The notes beneath the pieces are model-generated. The model was not told the origin of the DNA, made no database searches, and was given only the letters and a program-made list of their open reading frames with translations. From IMG/VR virus record IMGVR_UViG_3300025030_000335, positions 1-30,359 of that record: a DNA stretch of 30,359 bases. The stretch is one strand, 5' to 3'. Shown one piece after another: positions 1-8,839 of this stretch. The position numbers and the translations under genes are program-made. How positions within the stretch are numbered: the first letter of the stretch is position 1; each line of letters begins with the position of its first letter. This DNA is from a virus (lineage: Duplodnaviria; Caudoviricetes).

Positions 1-2
1 GG

Positions 3-182
3 GAGGAGGTTGCCGAGGCGCTGATGGAGCTGAAGACAATCACGCCCAATGATACATCGAGGATTATTGAACTACAGAATAACATCTGGCGTGCGGAGAG
101 CTTTAACGCCTGGTTTGGTGAGTTGATTACAAGCGGTTGGGAAGCCGAGAAGGAAATCAGATCCATGGAGGGACGCGAATGA
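3..182 (+). CDS. 3' part of a small phage head-module protein (5'-truncated by the window)
   Basis: Frame 3 is open from the window start (EEVAEALMELK...MEGRE*). Its TGA overlaps the next ATG (ATGA 179-182). Confidence 0.7.
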   Translation, partial: EEVAEALMELKTITPNDTSRIIELQNNIWRAESFNAWFGELITSGWEAEKEIRSMEGRE

Positions 183-1189
183 ATGACACCATCCAGCAGG
201 ACGTGTCGGGAGAGGTAAAGCAGCAGGTGGTTACGTCTCCGCAGATGCAACAGCGAGACAGGACGTTTTCCGAGATTCTGGCCAGATCCGAGGAAGTGCT
301 GGATCGGCAGATTGCCGGCAACATGACTACGGAGCCGACTGAGCCGACGGTGCAGGTGGTGGATGATCCTGCCCGGTTTAAGGTCCGCGTTAAGGTTGAC
401 GGCCAGGAAAAGGAACTGCTGGTTGCCGATGTGGTGACGGGATACCAGAAGAATGAGGTGGCTTCGGAGCGGTTGCGTAAGGCAAGCGAACGAGGACGAG
501 AGCTGGATGCCAGGGAGGAAGCACTGCGCAACCTGGAGGCACAGATTAAGCTGCAGACGGTAAGTCTATCCCAACCTTCGCAAGGTGCTATCACCGTGCC
601 GGAAAATGGGGACGACTTGCAGGTGCAGCTGAAGAGTGCCGTTTCAGATGCTTTCAGTGCGATGGTGGATGGTGATACCGAGGCGGCAACCAAGCTGCTG
701 GTGGATGCGATTGTCAAGGGGCGTCCTGTTGTTACTGAGACTACCCCGGCCATTGATCCGCAGCAGATTGCAGCCCAGGTGCGCCAGACGCTTAACTCTG
801 AGCAGGTGTGGGATAACTTCGTGCGGGACAATCCGGAATTCCGCGAGGAGTACGATGATCAGGGGACTGCCATTGTATCAAAGCAGCGAGAGTACGGTGA
901 CTTTATTTACGCTCGGGACTTTGCTCCCCTGGTTGAGCGAGGAGAGATCAGCTACCAAGAGGCGCTGATTAGTACCGCCAAGAGCGTGAGAGACACGTTT
1001 TCCCCTGGCATCCAACCGCCGCCGGTGCCGGAATTGACTGGCACCGAACAACGGCAGCAGCGCAAGCAGGCAATCGATAATATTGCGATTGCTGCAGGTG
1101 CCCGCTCTGCGGGTGCAGTTGAGGAAAAGGAAGAATCGCGGGCAGAAATATTGTCCAATATGCGCAAGGTGCGCGGGCTTCCCGCGTAG
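179..1189 (+). CDS. Putative capsid scaffolding protein
   Basis: GGAGG SD before ATG 179. 'VKVDGQEKELLV..V.TGYQK' motif followed by coiled coil. Lies directly upstream of the capsid gene. Confidence 0.75.
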   Translation: MNDTIQQDVSGEVKQQVVTSPQMQQRDRTFSEILARSEEVLDRQIAGNMTTEPTEPTVQVVDDPARFKVRVKVDGQEKELLVADVVTGYQKNEVASERLRKASERGRELDAREEALRNLEAQIKLQTVSLSQPSQGAITVPENGDDLQVQLKSAVSDAFSAMVDGDTEAATKLLVDAIVKGRPVVTETTPAIDPQQIAAQVRQTLNSEQVWDNFVRDNPEFREEYDDQGTAIVSKQREYGDFIYARDFAPLVERGEISYQEALISTAKSVRDTFSPGIQPPPVPELTGTEQRQQRKQAIDNIAIAAGARSAGAVEEKEESRAEILSNMRKVRGLPA

Positions 1190-1204
1190 ACAAAGAAAAG
1201 GACC

Positions 1205-1263
1205 GCCGTGAGGCAGGGCCGTATTTATAAACTATTTAACCGAAAACCAGCGTCGTGAGACGC
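1205..1263 (+). promoter_or_regulatory. Two GTGA-tetraloop hairpins in the capsid leader
   Basis: GCC-GTGA-GGC (1205-1214) and GCGTC-GTGA-GACGC (1250-1263); the second abuts the capsid SD. Confidence 0.45.
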
Positions 1264-1275
1264 GGGGAGGACATC

Positions 1276-2214
1276 ATGGCAGGACAGTTGTGGGTTACAA
1301 ACAGTCTGGGCGGGTATCTTTCGTCCAAGAATCTTTCCAAGGAGCTGCGCAACCTTGTGCAGCCCATGTGTAAGTTTCGTCAGTTTGCCGACGTGAAGGA
1401 TGCTATCGGCAAGAACAAGGGCAATACATTTACCTGGGATGTTTTCAGTGATGTGGCTACTGCCGGTACGACGCTGGTGGAAACCAACACCATGCCGGAA
1501 ACGAACATCACCATCACCCAGGGCACGATGACCATCGGTGAGGCCGGTAACTCGGTACCTTACTCCGGTGTGCTGGATGATCTTTCCGAGATCCCGGTGA
1601 AGGACCTGATCAACAAGGCATTGAAAAACGATGCCAAGAAGTATTTTGACAATGCGGCTGCATCGGCCTTTAATTCCGCCCTTCTGCGGGTTGTACCGAC
1701 TGGTGGTACTGCTACTGACGCTGTTACGGTCTACAGCAACGGTACTGCCACCGGCACCAACAACGTGGCGTTCAACAAGGATCACGCCAAGGCGATTGTT
1801 GACGTGATGAAGGAGCGCAATATTCCGCCGTACATGGGTGACGACTACATGGCTATTGCCTGGCCTACGACCCTGCGGACCTTCAAGAACAATCTGGAAG
1901 CGATCCATCAGTATACCCAGCAGGGTTTTCAGATGATTCTGAATGGCGAAATCGGACGGTATGAAAATACCCGTTACATTGAGCAGACCAATGTGGCGAA
2001 AGGTACCTGGGCCGGCGCAAAGTCTGGATGGATCTATTTCTTTGGCGAGGATGCCACATCGGAAGGTGTTGCGGTTCCTGAGGAGATCAGGGGTAAAATC
2101 CCTGGCGATTACGGGCGTAGCAAGGGTGTGGCCTGGTACTACCTGGGCGGATTTGCCAAGAACCGTTTGACGGCTGCGGATGAGCGTATTGTCAAGTGGG
2201 ATTCTCAAGGATAG
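1276..2214 (+). CDS. Major capsid protein (N4-gp56-like family, HK97 fold)
   Basis: GGAGG SD at 1266-1270. Motifs 'KFRQFAD..GKNKG.T', 'E.GNSV.YS', 'GEIGRYEN.RYIE', 'DYGR..GVAWY'. Follows the scaffold gene and precedes a terminator. Confidence 0.9.
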   Translation: MAGQLWVTNSLGGYLSSKNLSKELRNLVQPMCKFRQFADVKDAIGKNKGNTFTWDVFSDVATAGTTLVETNTMPETNITITQGTMTIGEAGNSVPYSGVLDDLSEIPVKDLINKALKNDAKKYFDNAAASAFNSALLRVVPTGGTATDAVTVYSNGTATGTNNVAFNKDHAKAIVDVMKERNIPPYMGDDYMAIAWPTTLRTFKNNLEAIHQYTQQGFQMILNGEIGRYENTRYIEQTNVAKGTWAGAKSGWIYFFGEDATSEGVAVPEEIRGKIPGDYGRSKGVAWYYLGGFAKNRLTAADERIVKWDSQG

Positions 2215-2237
2215 TCCTTGGGTGATTGAATGAGAAA

Positions 2238-2270
2238 AAGCCGGGAGGGTTACTCCTTCCGGCTTATTTT
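2238..2270 (+). terminator. Rho-independent terminator after the capsid gene
   Basis: AAGCCGGGAGG-GTTACT-CCTTCCGGCTT, an 11-bp stem followed by ATTTT. Confidence 0.7.
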
Positions 2271-2291
2271 AAGATGGATAAGGAGCACGAG

Positions 2292-2477
2292 ATGGCAATT
2301 GACGATAGCATGATGCCTTCGAAGGAATGTGCCGGGCGTGATCTGGCTGATAAGGGTACCAGGACCGGCGTTACCGATACCTATGGTGCCGGCAGTGGGC
2401 TTGATACTGGCATTGTTGGCAAAACCAGCATTTCCGGCGATACCAAAAGCGACGGCAAACAGGAAGGGAGGAAGTAA
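2292..2477 (+). CDS. Small hypothetical protein (61 aa)
   Basis: AAGGAG SD before ATG 2292. Stop overlaps the next start (TAATG). Confidence 0.65.
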   Translation: MAIDDSMMPSKECAGRDLADKGTRTGVTDTYGAGSGLDTGIVGKTSISGDTKSDGKQEGRK

Positions 2478-2914
2478 TGGCCCGTAAGCTCGACAGGACA
2501 CGGCCCTTTGGGGAGATTTACGGCGGTTCCGGCGATGCACGCTATGAGCAGCACGGCATTATGTTTGATGCTGCCGGCGATGAGTTGCCCGGTTATGACG
2601 ATGTGGAGATCCCGGAGCCCAAGGAAGTCGTCATTGTGCAGGGAGATGATACCGCTCTGCGGGCGGAGATTGCACGGCTGACTTCGCGCTTGGAAGCGGC
2701 ACTCACCCAGCTTGAAGATGCCGATGGTGAACTTGAGGGGGTCCAGGGCCAGCTTGACAGTGCCAATGTGGAAATAAGCCGGCTTAACGATGAAGTTGCC
2801 CGTTTGTCCGCTCTGGTTCCTGTTGACGGTGTGACTACCGTTGGTTCTGAGGAGGTCAGTCTGGACAGCCAGCTGGATCTGCAGACTGCAGGCATGACAG
2901 GTAAGAAGAAATGA
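2477..2914 (+). CDS. Hypothetical coiled-coil protein
   Basis: Translationally coupled on both sides; acidic heptad segment. Confidence 0.75.
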   Translation: MARKLDRTRPFGEIYGGSGDARYEQHGIMFDAAGDELPGYDDVEIPEPKEVVIVQGDDTALRAEIARLTSRLEAALTQLEDADGELEGVQGQLDSANVEISRLNDEVARLSALVPVDGVTTVGSEEVSLDSQLDLQTAGMTGKKK

Positions 2915-3462
2915 CAGAGGCGCCTGGAGGGGTTGACGTGGATGAGGTGAAGAGTCTTATTGCGGAGCAGAACCTGCGGGACATGCTGAATGTTGCCGGG
3001 CAGACCCCTGCCGGCGCCTTTATTGAGGTGGGGGTGTATCAGGGCGGCTCTGCGTACCTGTTGAGCCTGGTGGCCCAGGATCAGAGACGCCAGCTCCACC
3101 TGTTCGATACGTTCGAGGGGATGCCTGAAAGCAGCGAAGTGGATAAGCACCAGGTGGGAGATTTCTCCGATACCAGCCTGGAGCAGGTAAAGGCGATCAT
3201 TCCGGATGCGTTTTTTCATGTGGGCATGTTCCCTTATACGCTGCCGGTCAACCTGGGACGCATTGCCTTTGCCCATATCGATTGTGACCAGTATGAGAGC
3301 ATCAGGGCGGCGTGTCTGTTGTTGCCGAGCAGGATGGTGACCGGGGGTGTGATGTATTTTGATGATTATGGCTGTCTGGAAGGTGCGACGAAGGCGGTGG
3401 ATGAGTTTATGCCCCAGCGGATCGTGCTGCAAAACGGGAAGGCGATGGTGATCATACCATGA
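2911..3462 (+). CDS. TylF/MycF/NovP-family sugar O-methyltransferase
   Basis: Motifs 'GAFIEVGVYQGGS', 'LHLFDTFEGMP', 'FAHIDCDQYES', 'GGVMYFDDYGCLEGATKAVDEF'. Confidence 0.9.
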   Translation: MTEAPGGVDVDEVKSLIAEQNLRDMLNVAGQTPAGAFIEVGVYQGGSAYLLSLVAQDQRRQLHLFDTFEGMPESSEVDKHQVGDFSDTSLEQVKAIIPDAFFHVGMFPYTLPVNLGRIAFAHIDCDQYESIRAACLLLPSRMVTGGVMYFDDYGCLEGATKAVDEFMPQRIVLQNGKAMVIIP

Positions 3463-5033
3463 CCTGGAGCCTTGACACTTCGAACGGTTTTGAATCGCGC
3501 AAGATCAAGTATCTGCTGCCACGGTATACCCGGGGGCGGGTGCTGGAGATCGGCTGCGGGATGGAGAAGGCGTTTCCTCATTTTACCGGGTATGACTCCG
3601 GGCACCATTTTGGGCGTGGTGCTGCGGATGTGGTGGGCGATGCTGGTGATCTGTCGCTGTTTAGCGATGAATCCTTTGATGCGGTGTTTTCCAGCCATGT
3701 GCTGGAGCATATGGAGGATATGCAGGGTGCGATCAATGAGTGGTACCGGGTGATCAAGCCGGGCGGGTATCTCTGCCTGTATGTGCCGTCTGCGAATCTG
3801 TATCCCAAATGCGGGGAGCCGGGGGCTAATCCGGACCATAAGCATGATCTGTATCCTGGGGATATTGAAGTAATGATGTTCGATATTGCCCTGAAACTAC
3901 GCATTGGACAGGCTGGTGGATGGGATCAGGTGGAATGTGAGGAACGCGGAGAAGGAACAGAATATTCGCTGTTTGAGGTTTATAGGAAGCGAGATGATAC
4001 TCACGTTTTTACCCGGGATGAACTAACCAACTCCCAAAATAAAAAAACCGCCTGCGTCTGCCGCTTTGGCGGGTTTGGCGATATGTTGCAGGCTGCGGTG
4101 GTGTTTCCCCAGCTGAAGGCGGCCGGATACCATGTGACGGTGATGACGACTCCCAAGGGGAAGGATGTGATCTGCAATGATCCCCATGTGGATGATTGGT
4201 ACATTGTTGATCAGGATCAGGTGCCGAATGGGGAGTTGAGTGCGTTTTGGGCGGAGCAGGCGAAGCGGTTTACGAAGTTCGTCAACCTGAGTGAGTCGAT
4301 TGAGGGGCATTTGCTGGCGCTGCCGGGTCGCATGAACCATAGCTGGCCCCATGAAGTGCGCAAGAAGCGGTTGAATACGAATTATCACGAATGGACGGCG
4401 GAGCTGGCGGGAGTGCCGTTTAAGCCGTGTCAGTTGTTTTATCCGACTAAGGCGGAAACAAGCAAGTTTACCGGTCCCCAGTCCCCGGTCCCTGGTCCCG
4501 GTTTTACCGTGTTGTGGGCTTTAGCCGGTTCTTCGCTCCATAAGTTTACTCCCTGGCAAGATGCGGTGATTGCACGCATGCTGCTGGATATGCCGGAAGC
4601 CCGCATTATTATGGTGGGGGATCTGGCGTGTCAGATTCTGGAGCAGGGGTGGGAAGAAGAGCCGCGAGTGGTCTGTCTGTCGGATAAGTTGAACATCCGC
4701 GAGACGCTGGCGCTGGCGCAGCGGGTGGATCTGGTGATTGGGCCGGAGACCGGTGTGCTGAATGCGGTGGGCATGGATGTTACGCCACACAAGGTGCTGC
4801 TGCTGTCCCATTCGTCGGCCAACAATCTGGCGAAGCATTGGAAGAACTGCCAGGCGCTGACGCCGGTGGATTGTGATTGTTATCCCTGCCACCGTTTGCA
4901 TTACAGCGACGAATTCTGTCAGACCGATGACGAGACCGGTGCGGCGCTGTGCAGCGTCAAGATCGGTGCGGATGTGATCTATGGGGCGGTGGAGAAGGTG
5001 TATCGCAGTTGGAAGGCGGGGAGGTTGAAATGA
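3459..5033 (+). CDS. Class I SAM methyltransferase fused to a GT9 (heptosyltransferase-like) glycosyltransferase
   Basis: N-terminal 'VLEIGCG', 'FDAVFSSHVLEH', 'EWYRVIKPGG'. C-terminal 'RFGGFGDML', 'NDPHVD', 'DLVIGPETGVLNA' and a Cys cluster 'CDCYPC..C..C'. Confidence 0.88.
   Translation: MTWSLDTSNGFESRKIKYLLPRYTRGRVLEIGCGMEKAFPHFTGYDSGHHFGRGAADVVGDAGDLSLFSDESFDAVFSSHVLEHMEDMQGAINEWYRVIKPGGYLCLYVPSANLYPKCGEPGANPDHKHDLYPGDIEVMMFDIALKLRIGQAGGWDQVECEERGEGTEYSLFEVYRKRDDTHVFTRDELTNSQNKKTACVCRFGGFGDMLQAAVVFPQLKAAGYHVTVMTTPKGKDVICNDPHVDDWYIVDQDQVPNGELSAFWAEQAKRFTKFVNLSESIEGHLLALPGRMNHSWPHEVRKKRLNTNYHEWTAELAGVPFKPCQLFYPTKAETSKFTGPQSPVPGPGFTVLWALAGSSLHKFTPWQDAVIARMLLDMPEARIIMVGDLACQILEQGWEEEPRVVCLSDKLNIRETLALAQRVDLVIGPETGVLNAVGMDVTPHKVLLLSHSSANNLAKHWKNCQALTPVDCDCYPCHRLHYSDEFCQTDDETGAALCSVKIGADVIYGAVEKVYRSWKAGRLK
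4470..4501 (+). repeat. Heptanucleotide tandem repeat inside the CDS
   Basis: ACCGGTC CCCAGTC CCCGGTC CCTGGTC CCGG, encoding TGPQSPVPGPG. Confidence 0.75.
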
Positions 5034-5629
5034 CGGTTGCTGATCTGCTGGATGTTGTGCTGGGGCGTATGGCGGGTGAGCCGCAATGCTCCCTGCTGGA
5101 AGCGGTGGGTGGCGTGCAGTCGGCTATCTTTCGGCAGCTGCTGGCGGTGCGCTCAGACCTGATCCAGGATGAGATAGAGCTGGAGTATTCGGCGGGAGAG
5201 TATCAGGCGCTGCTGCCGGAAGAATTCTACGCGGTGGCGGAGCGCCCCAATATTAGCGGTGAGCGGACTTATCTGAATCTGCTGGACCGGTCCGGGTCGG
5301 TTGTTTTGCCGGATGGACCGCCCAGGATGTATTCGCAGAAGGGGCGCAAGTTTTTGATTTACCCTACTCCACTGGCTGATGTGTCGATACGGCTGCCGGC
5401 GTTTGTGAAGCCGGAGATTCCTACCAGCCTGGATGATGAGCTGCCCTATGACGGGACCATGGATGATGTGTTTGCCGAGTTGTGTGCGGCATATATGCAG
5501 ACCGGCCGGGCAGCGGCGGCAGATCCGGCGTTTGTGGCGCTGTTGAGCCAGAGCGTGGCGGCGGCGCTGGGTGGGGTGATGTTGGCGAAGGAACAGCTTG
5601 AGGCTGATTCTATTAATTTTGGGCGGTAA
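5030..5629 (+). CDS. Putative head-tail adaptor / tail tubular A-like protein
   Basis: ATGA overlap at 5030. Pattern 'YQALLPEEF...DGPPRMY....FLIYPTP....KPEIP....DDELP' is typical of podophage adaptors. Confidence 0.6.
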   Translation: MTVADLLDVVLGRMAGEPQCSLLEAVGGVQSAIFRQLLAVRSDLIQDEIELEYSAGEYQALLPEEFYAVAERPNISGERTYLNLLDRSGSVVLPDGPPRMYSQKGRKFLIYPTPLADVSIRLPAFVKPEIPTSLDDELPYDGTMDDVFAELCAAYMQTGRAAAADPAFVALLSQSVAAALGGVMLAKEQLEADSINFGR

Positions 5630-5641
5630 AGGAGCACGATC

Positions 5642-6052
5642 ATGGCAGGAAAATCAAACTATCTCGAAGGACAATACCTCACCCACGAACTCCGCACCGG
5701 CTCATTCACTAAACCGGCAGGGATTTTTGTCGCCCTGCTGACAGCCGCTCCATCGGACGCAGGCGGCGGCACTGAATGCACTGGTGGCGACTATGCCCGT
5801 GTGCAGAATGGACCCTCTGATGCAACATGGAGCGCACCCAGTGGAACGCCGCGCAGCTCGTCCAATGTTGGCAGCGTCACCTTCCCGACCCCTTCCGCAA
5901 ACTGGGGCGTTGCTACTCATTTCGGACTGTATGATGCGGCCACAGGAGGCAACCTGTTGAGATGGGCGGCGCTGACGACAGCCAAAACCATCAATAATGG
6001 CGACCCTGCACCGTATTTCCCTGCTGGTACGCTGGTTGTTACTGAGGATTAA
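5642..6052 (+). CDS. Small virion/fibre-associated structural protein
   Basis: AAGGAG SD. Widespread phage motif 'SNYLE...VAL.TAAP.D...YAR...VTFP...WG..THFGL.DAATGGNLL'. Confidence 0.75.
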   Translation: MAGKSNYLEGQYLTHELRTGSFTKPAGIFVALLTAAPSDAGGGTECTGGDYARVQNGPSDATWSAPSGTPRSSSNVGSVTFPTPSANWGVATHFGLYDAATGGNLLRWAALTTAKTINNGDPAPYFPAGTLVVTED

Positions 6053-6061
6053 GGGGGCATC

Positions 6062-6502
6062 ATGGACTACGCAGCGTTACAGGCTGAGTTGGAAACCGGC
6101 CCGCTTTCCACTGAATGCGCCGGTAAAACCGATGTGGAGATTGCGGAGGTACTAAACACCCCGCGTTTCCCTGGGATTCGCTCCCGGTTTATCTCTGCCC
6201 GGACGATCCTGGCCGAGTTGGCTGATGGTGCCGTGATCCTGGATAAATTGGAGGCCGCTGCACCCGGCATTCCTCCGCTGAAATGGGCGATGCGATTTCT
6301 TTCCGGAGAGACCGGTATTGATATCGGCCATGCAGGCACTCGGGTAAATATCGAGATGCTGGCAGCGGGTGGGATTTTGACTGCTGCCGAACGTGACGCG
6401 CTGCTGGCCATGGCGGCTTGCACGGTATCACGTGCCGAGATTGCCGGATTTGGGCAGATTACACCGGGCGATGTATCACGCGCACTGAGAGGGCCACACT
6501 AA
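6062..6502 (+). CDS. Hypothetical phage protein
   Basis: AAGGGG SD; 146-aa ORF coupled to the next gene (TAATG). Confidence 0.75.
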   Translation: MDYAALQAELETGPLSTECAGKTDVEIAEVLNTPRFPGIRSRFISARTILAELADGAVILDKLEAAAPGIPPLKWAMRFLSGETGIDIGHAGTRVNIEMLAAGGILTAAERDALLAMAACTVSRAEIAGFGQITPGDVSRALRGPH

Positions 6503-6927
6503 TGGCATTGACACTCGTAGAGACTCAAATCACCTGGGCCGCTGCCGATAGCGTAACAGTCGCTTCTGCAACCCCTGTTGGTTCGGATGTTTTCCCCATT
6601 AATGCCAGCACTATCGCTGCATCCATCCAGATCAGTGTTGATAATGCCGGGACGGCTGCCAGTGGCGACATCTGTACGGCACAGATCGCATACACCTCCG
6701 GCGATATCCTGGGCGATACCGCTGACGATTATGACACACAGGAGCACGCCGCACCGATAATGGTGCTGGACACCTACGCCACAAACACGCCGGGGGAAGA
6801 TCCGGCCCGTAAGACGTCTCCGATCAGCGTGGGAGTGAAGGGCGGCAAGTTGTTCGTGACCTGCCCTCTCGCAGCTACTCGCAATATTGTTGTGCGTGCC
6901 AGATTGATCGAGAAGCGGAGCGCATAA
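6502..6927 (+). CDS. Hypothetical beta-rich virion protein
   Basis: Start overlaps the upstream stop; 141 aa, rich in Thr/Ala/Val. Confidence 0.7.
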   Translation: MALTLVETQITWAAADSVTVASATPVGSDVFPINASTIAASIQISVDNAGTAASGDICTAQIAYTSGDILGDTADDYDTQEHAAPIMVLDTYATNTPGEDPARKTSPISVGVKGGKLFVTCPLAATRNIVVRARLIEKRSA

Positions 6928-6935
6928 CGAAGATT

Positions 6936-7000
6936 TAGCGGCTAGTCCGGCCAGACGAACCGGGGAAATCCTGCCCCTTGCCGCTATATCAACTACAGGA
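6936..7000 (+). ncRNA. Candidate cis-regulatory structured RNA (three-stem junction)
   Basis: TAGCGGC/GCCGCTA closes the hairpins GTC-CGGCCA-GAC and GGGG-AAATCCTG-CCCC. Loop TCCTG is complementary to downstream CAGGA (6996-7000). Confidence 0.55.
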
Positions 7001-7017
7001 GGCAGAAAGGAACTGTC

Positions 7018-7188
7018 ATGGAAAATGAATTGTGCATGATCGTTGTAGGCAAGGGCCTAACACGATTATGGATTGCTAATACACCAGGCGTTTTCAGGGG
7101 TTGCCCCAATCTGGTGTGGAAACGTGAACTAAGTAAACAGGAATGTGAATCGTTGTTGATTAATCCACATCAACTGTTTTCAGCATAG
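7018..7188 (+). CDS. Small AT-rich hypothetical protein (56 aa; MENELCMIVVG...HQLFSA)
   Basis: AAAGGA SD with 7-nt spacing. Fills the intergenic gap; absent from the supplied ORF track. Confidence 0.5.
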   Translation: MENELCMIVVGKGLTRLWIANTPGVFRGCPNLVWKRELSKQECESLLINPHQLFSA

Positions 7189-7236
7189 ATAATTTCAACA
7201 CTTTCCTTTGCCGGAGAACACCGGCCAGGAGTTTAG

Positions 7237-8526
7237 ATGTTAGTTCCGATCCGCATAGACCGCACCAGCAAACCCCCGCTTGGCACTCCCTTGCGCTCTG
7301 ATGGGCATTGGAGTGTGCAGGGATTAATCGGTGCTTGGTCGTTTAATGAGGGAGCCGGTAGCCCTTTCAACATTGTTGGCAATAAGCCGTCTACTCAATA
7401 TGCTGGATATGTTGGGTCGTGGTCAACAGACGGGTATGTTGGCCCAGCATCACCAGGTGCAAATAGATATGAGTTAAAGAGCAGTTTATCACGGCCTGTT
7501 ACATTTATATCCGTAAACATACCTGCAAGTTTTTCATCTAATATAATATTGATGGGGGTTAGTACGGGTATTGCCGATAATGGAGTTGAATTAAATTATA
7601 ACACTAGTGGTCAGTTAAATTTATCATGTCGTGGTGTAGCTGATAAACTATTTACAAATCTATCTACTACATTGGGAAAACCTACGTTTACAGCAGTAAG
7701 TTTTCCTGGTGGATCAACTGGGCCAACTGGCTATATAGGTAATGGTAGTAAAATACAATCGCAATCTCTTTCTAATTCAGTTTTAGCCAGTAGTACCTTC
7801 GATACGATGTGGCCAGTGGGACATGGAAGAGGTCCATTAGGCAATTGCACAGTACAACTGCATCTGATTTACAATACTGCCCTCTCCCCCTCCGAGATAG
7901 CCTCACTCTCCGCCGCACCATGGCAGATATACGAGCCGGAGGTTGTGTGGGTGGAGGTGGGGGGAACGACTACCGAAATCCTCCTCGCAGGCACCCTCAC
8001 CGGCAGTGCCTCAGCATCGGCAGCCCTCACCACTGCGATAACTCTCGCGGGTAACAACACAGGAGCCGGGTCCGCAACTGCCGCACTGACAACCGCTATA
8101 CATCTTGCGGCAACAAACGCAGGCTACGGCAGCATTGCCGGGGAACTGGCAGAAGCGGCTGCTGCCATCCTTCTGGCAGGCACGATCAACGGGACCAGTT
8201 CGGCAAGCGGGGCGCTGACCACTGCGATCAGGCTGGCTGGTGCAAACGCTGGTGCAGGTACAACATCCGCCCAACTATCCACGGCTATTATCCTTGCCGG
8301 CGCTGCTAATGGTGACAGTGACTGTCAGGCGGCTTTGACCACGGCTATTGCCTTGGCCGGGCAGATTGTCGGGGCAGGGTCTGCAAAAGGATTGCTGACT
8401 GCCGCTGTTACGTTTTTGTATCTGTCTGAAGGTTTTAAATTGGCGGCCGAAGTGCGCGGGCATGTGCTGCCGGATGAAATCCGTGGGATTGTTCTGCCTG
8501 TCGAGTCTCGCGGTACAAAATTATGA
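7237..8526 (+). CDS. Virion fibre/decoration protein: LamG/concanavalin-like head plus 20-aa Ala/Gly/Thr repeats
   Basis: AGGAG SD. 'GLIGAWSFNEGAG' ... 'IYNTALSPSEIASL' bracket a LamG-like jelly roll. About 7 copies of 'TTAI.LAG...G.G...AAL'. Confidence 0.7.
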   Translation: MLVPIRIDRTSKPPLGTPLRSDGHWSVQGLIGAWSFNEGAGSPFNIVGNKPSTQYAGYVGSWSTDGYVGPASPGANRYELKSSLSRPVTFISVNIPASFSSNIILMGVSTGIADNGVELNYNTSGQLNLSCRGVADKLFTNLSTTLGKPTFTAVSFPGGSTGPTGYIGNGSKIQSQSLSNSVLASSTFDTMWPVGHGRGPLGNCTVQLHLIYNTALSPSEIASLSAAPWQIYEPEVVWVEVGGTTTEILLAGTLTGSASASAALTTAITLAGNNTGAGSATAALTTAIHLAATNAGYGSIAGELAEAAAAILLAGTINGTSSASGALTTAIRLAGANAGAGTTSAQLSTAIILAGAANGDSDCQAALTTAIALAGQIVGAGSAKGLLTAAVTFLYLSEGFKLAAEVRGHVLPDEIRGIVLPVESRGTKL

Positions 8527-8542
8527 TGAGTGGAGGTTACCA

Positions 8543-8827
8543 ATGATTCCGGCGTTATCACCGATTCAACCTGGGGAGATTCTTCAGGGTCGCTATATTG
8601 ATTTTAAGAAGCACCTGCTGGATGGCGAGACTGTTGAGTCTGCGACGGTTACAAGCAGCGTGCCGGGGATGGTACTGCCGGATTCTGTGCAGTTCTCCGG
8701 GACTGTTGTGACCTGGGCTGCGGTGGGGACTGTTGATGGTGACAAAACTGTTTTCACAGCGATTGCTACCGGATCCCTGGGGTCTGTGCGTGAGGGTGAA
8801 GTTTCTATGAAGGTGAAGGCGATTTAA
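8543..8827 (+). CDS. Small beta-sandwich virion protein (fibre adaptor-like)
   Basis: GGAGG SD before ATG 8543; 'IDFKKHLLDGETVESATVT' pattern. Confidence 0.65.
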   Translation: MIPALSPIQPGEILQGRYIDFKKHLLDGETVESATVTSSVPGMVLPDSVQFSGTVVTWAAVGTVDGDKTVFTAIATGSLGSVREGEVSMKVKAI

Positions 8828-8839
8828 AGGAGTTTCCCC

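Noticed and set aside
1225-2208. 327-aa antisense ORF over the capsid gene, and similar ones such as 2593-3432 and 29062-29976
   Set aside because: Expected shadows in GC-biased codon usage, with no protein-like motifs, unlike the HNH.
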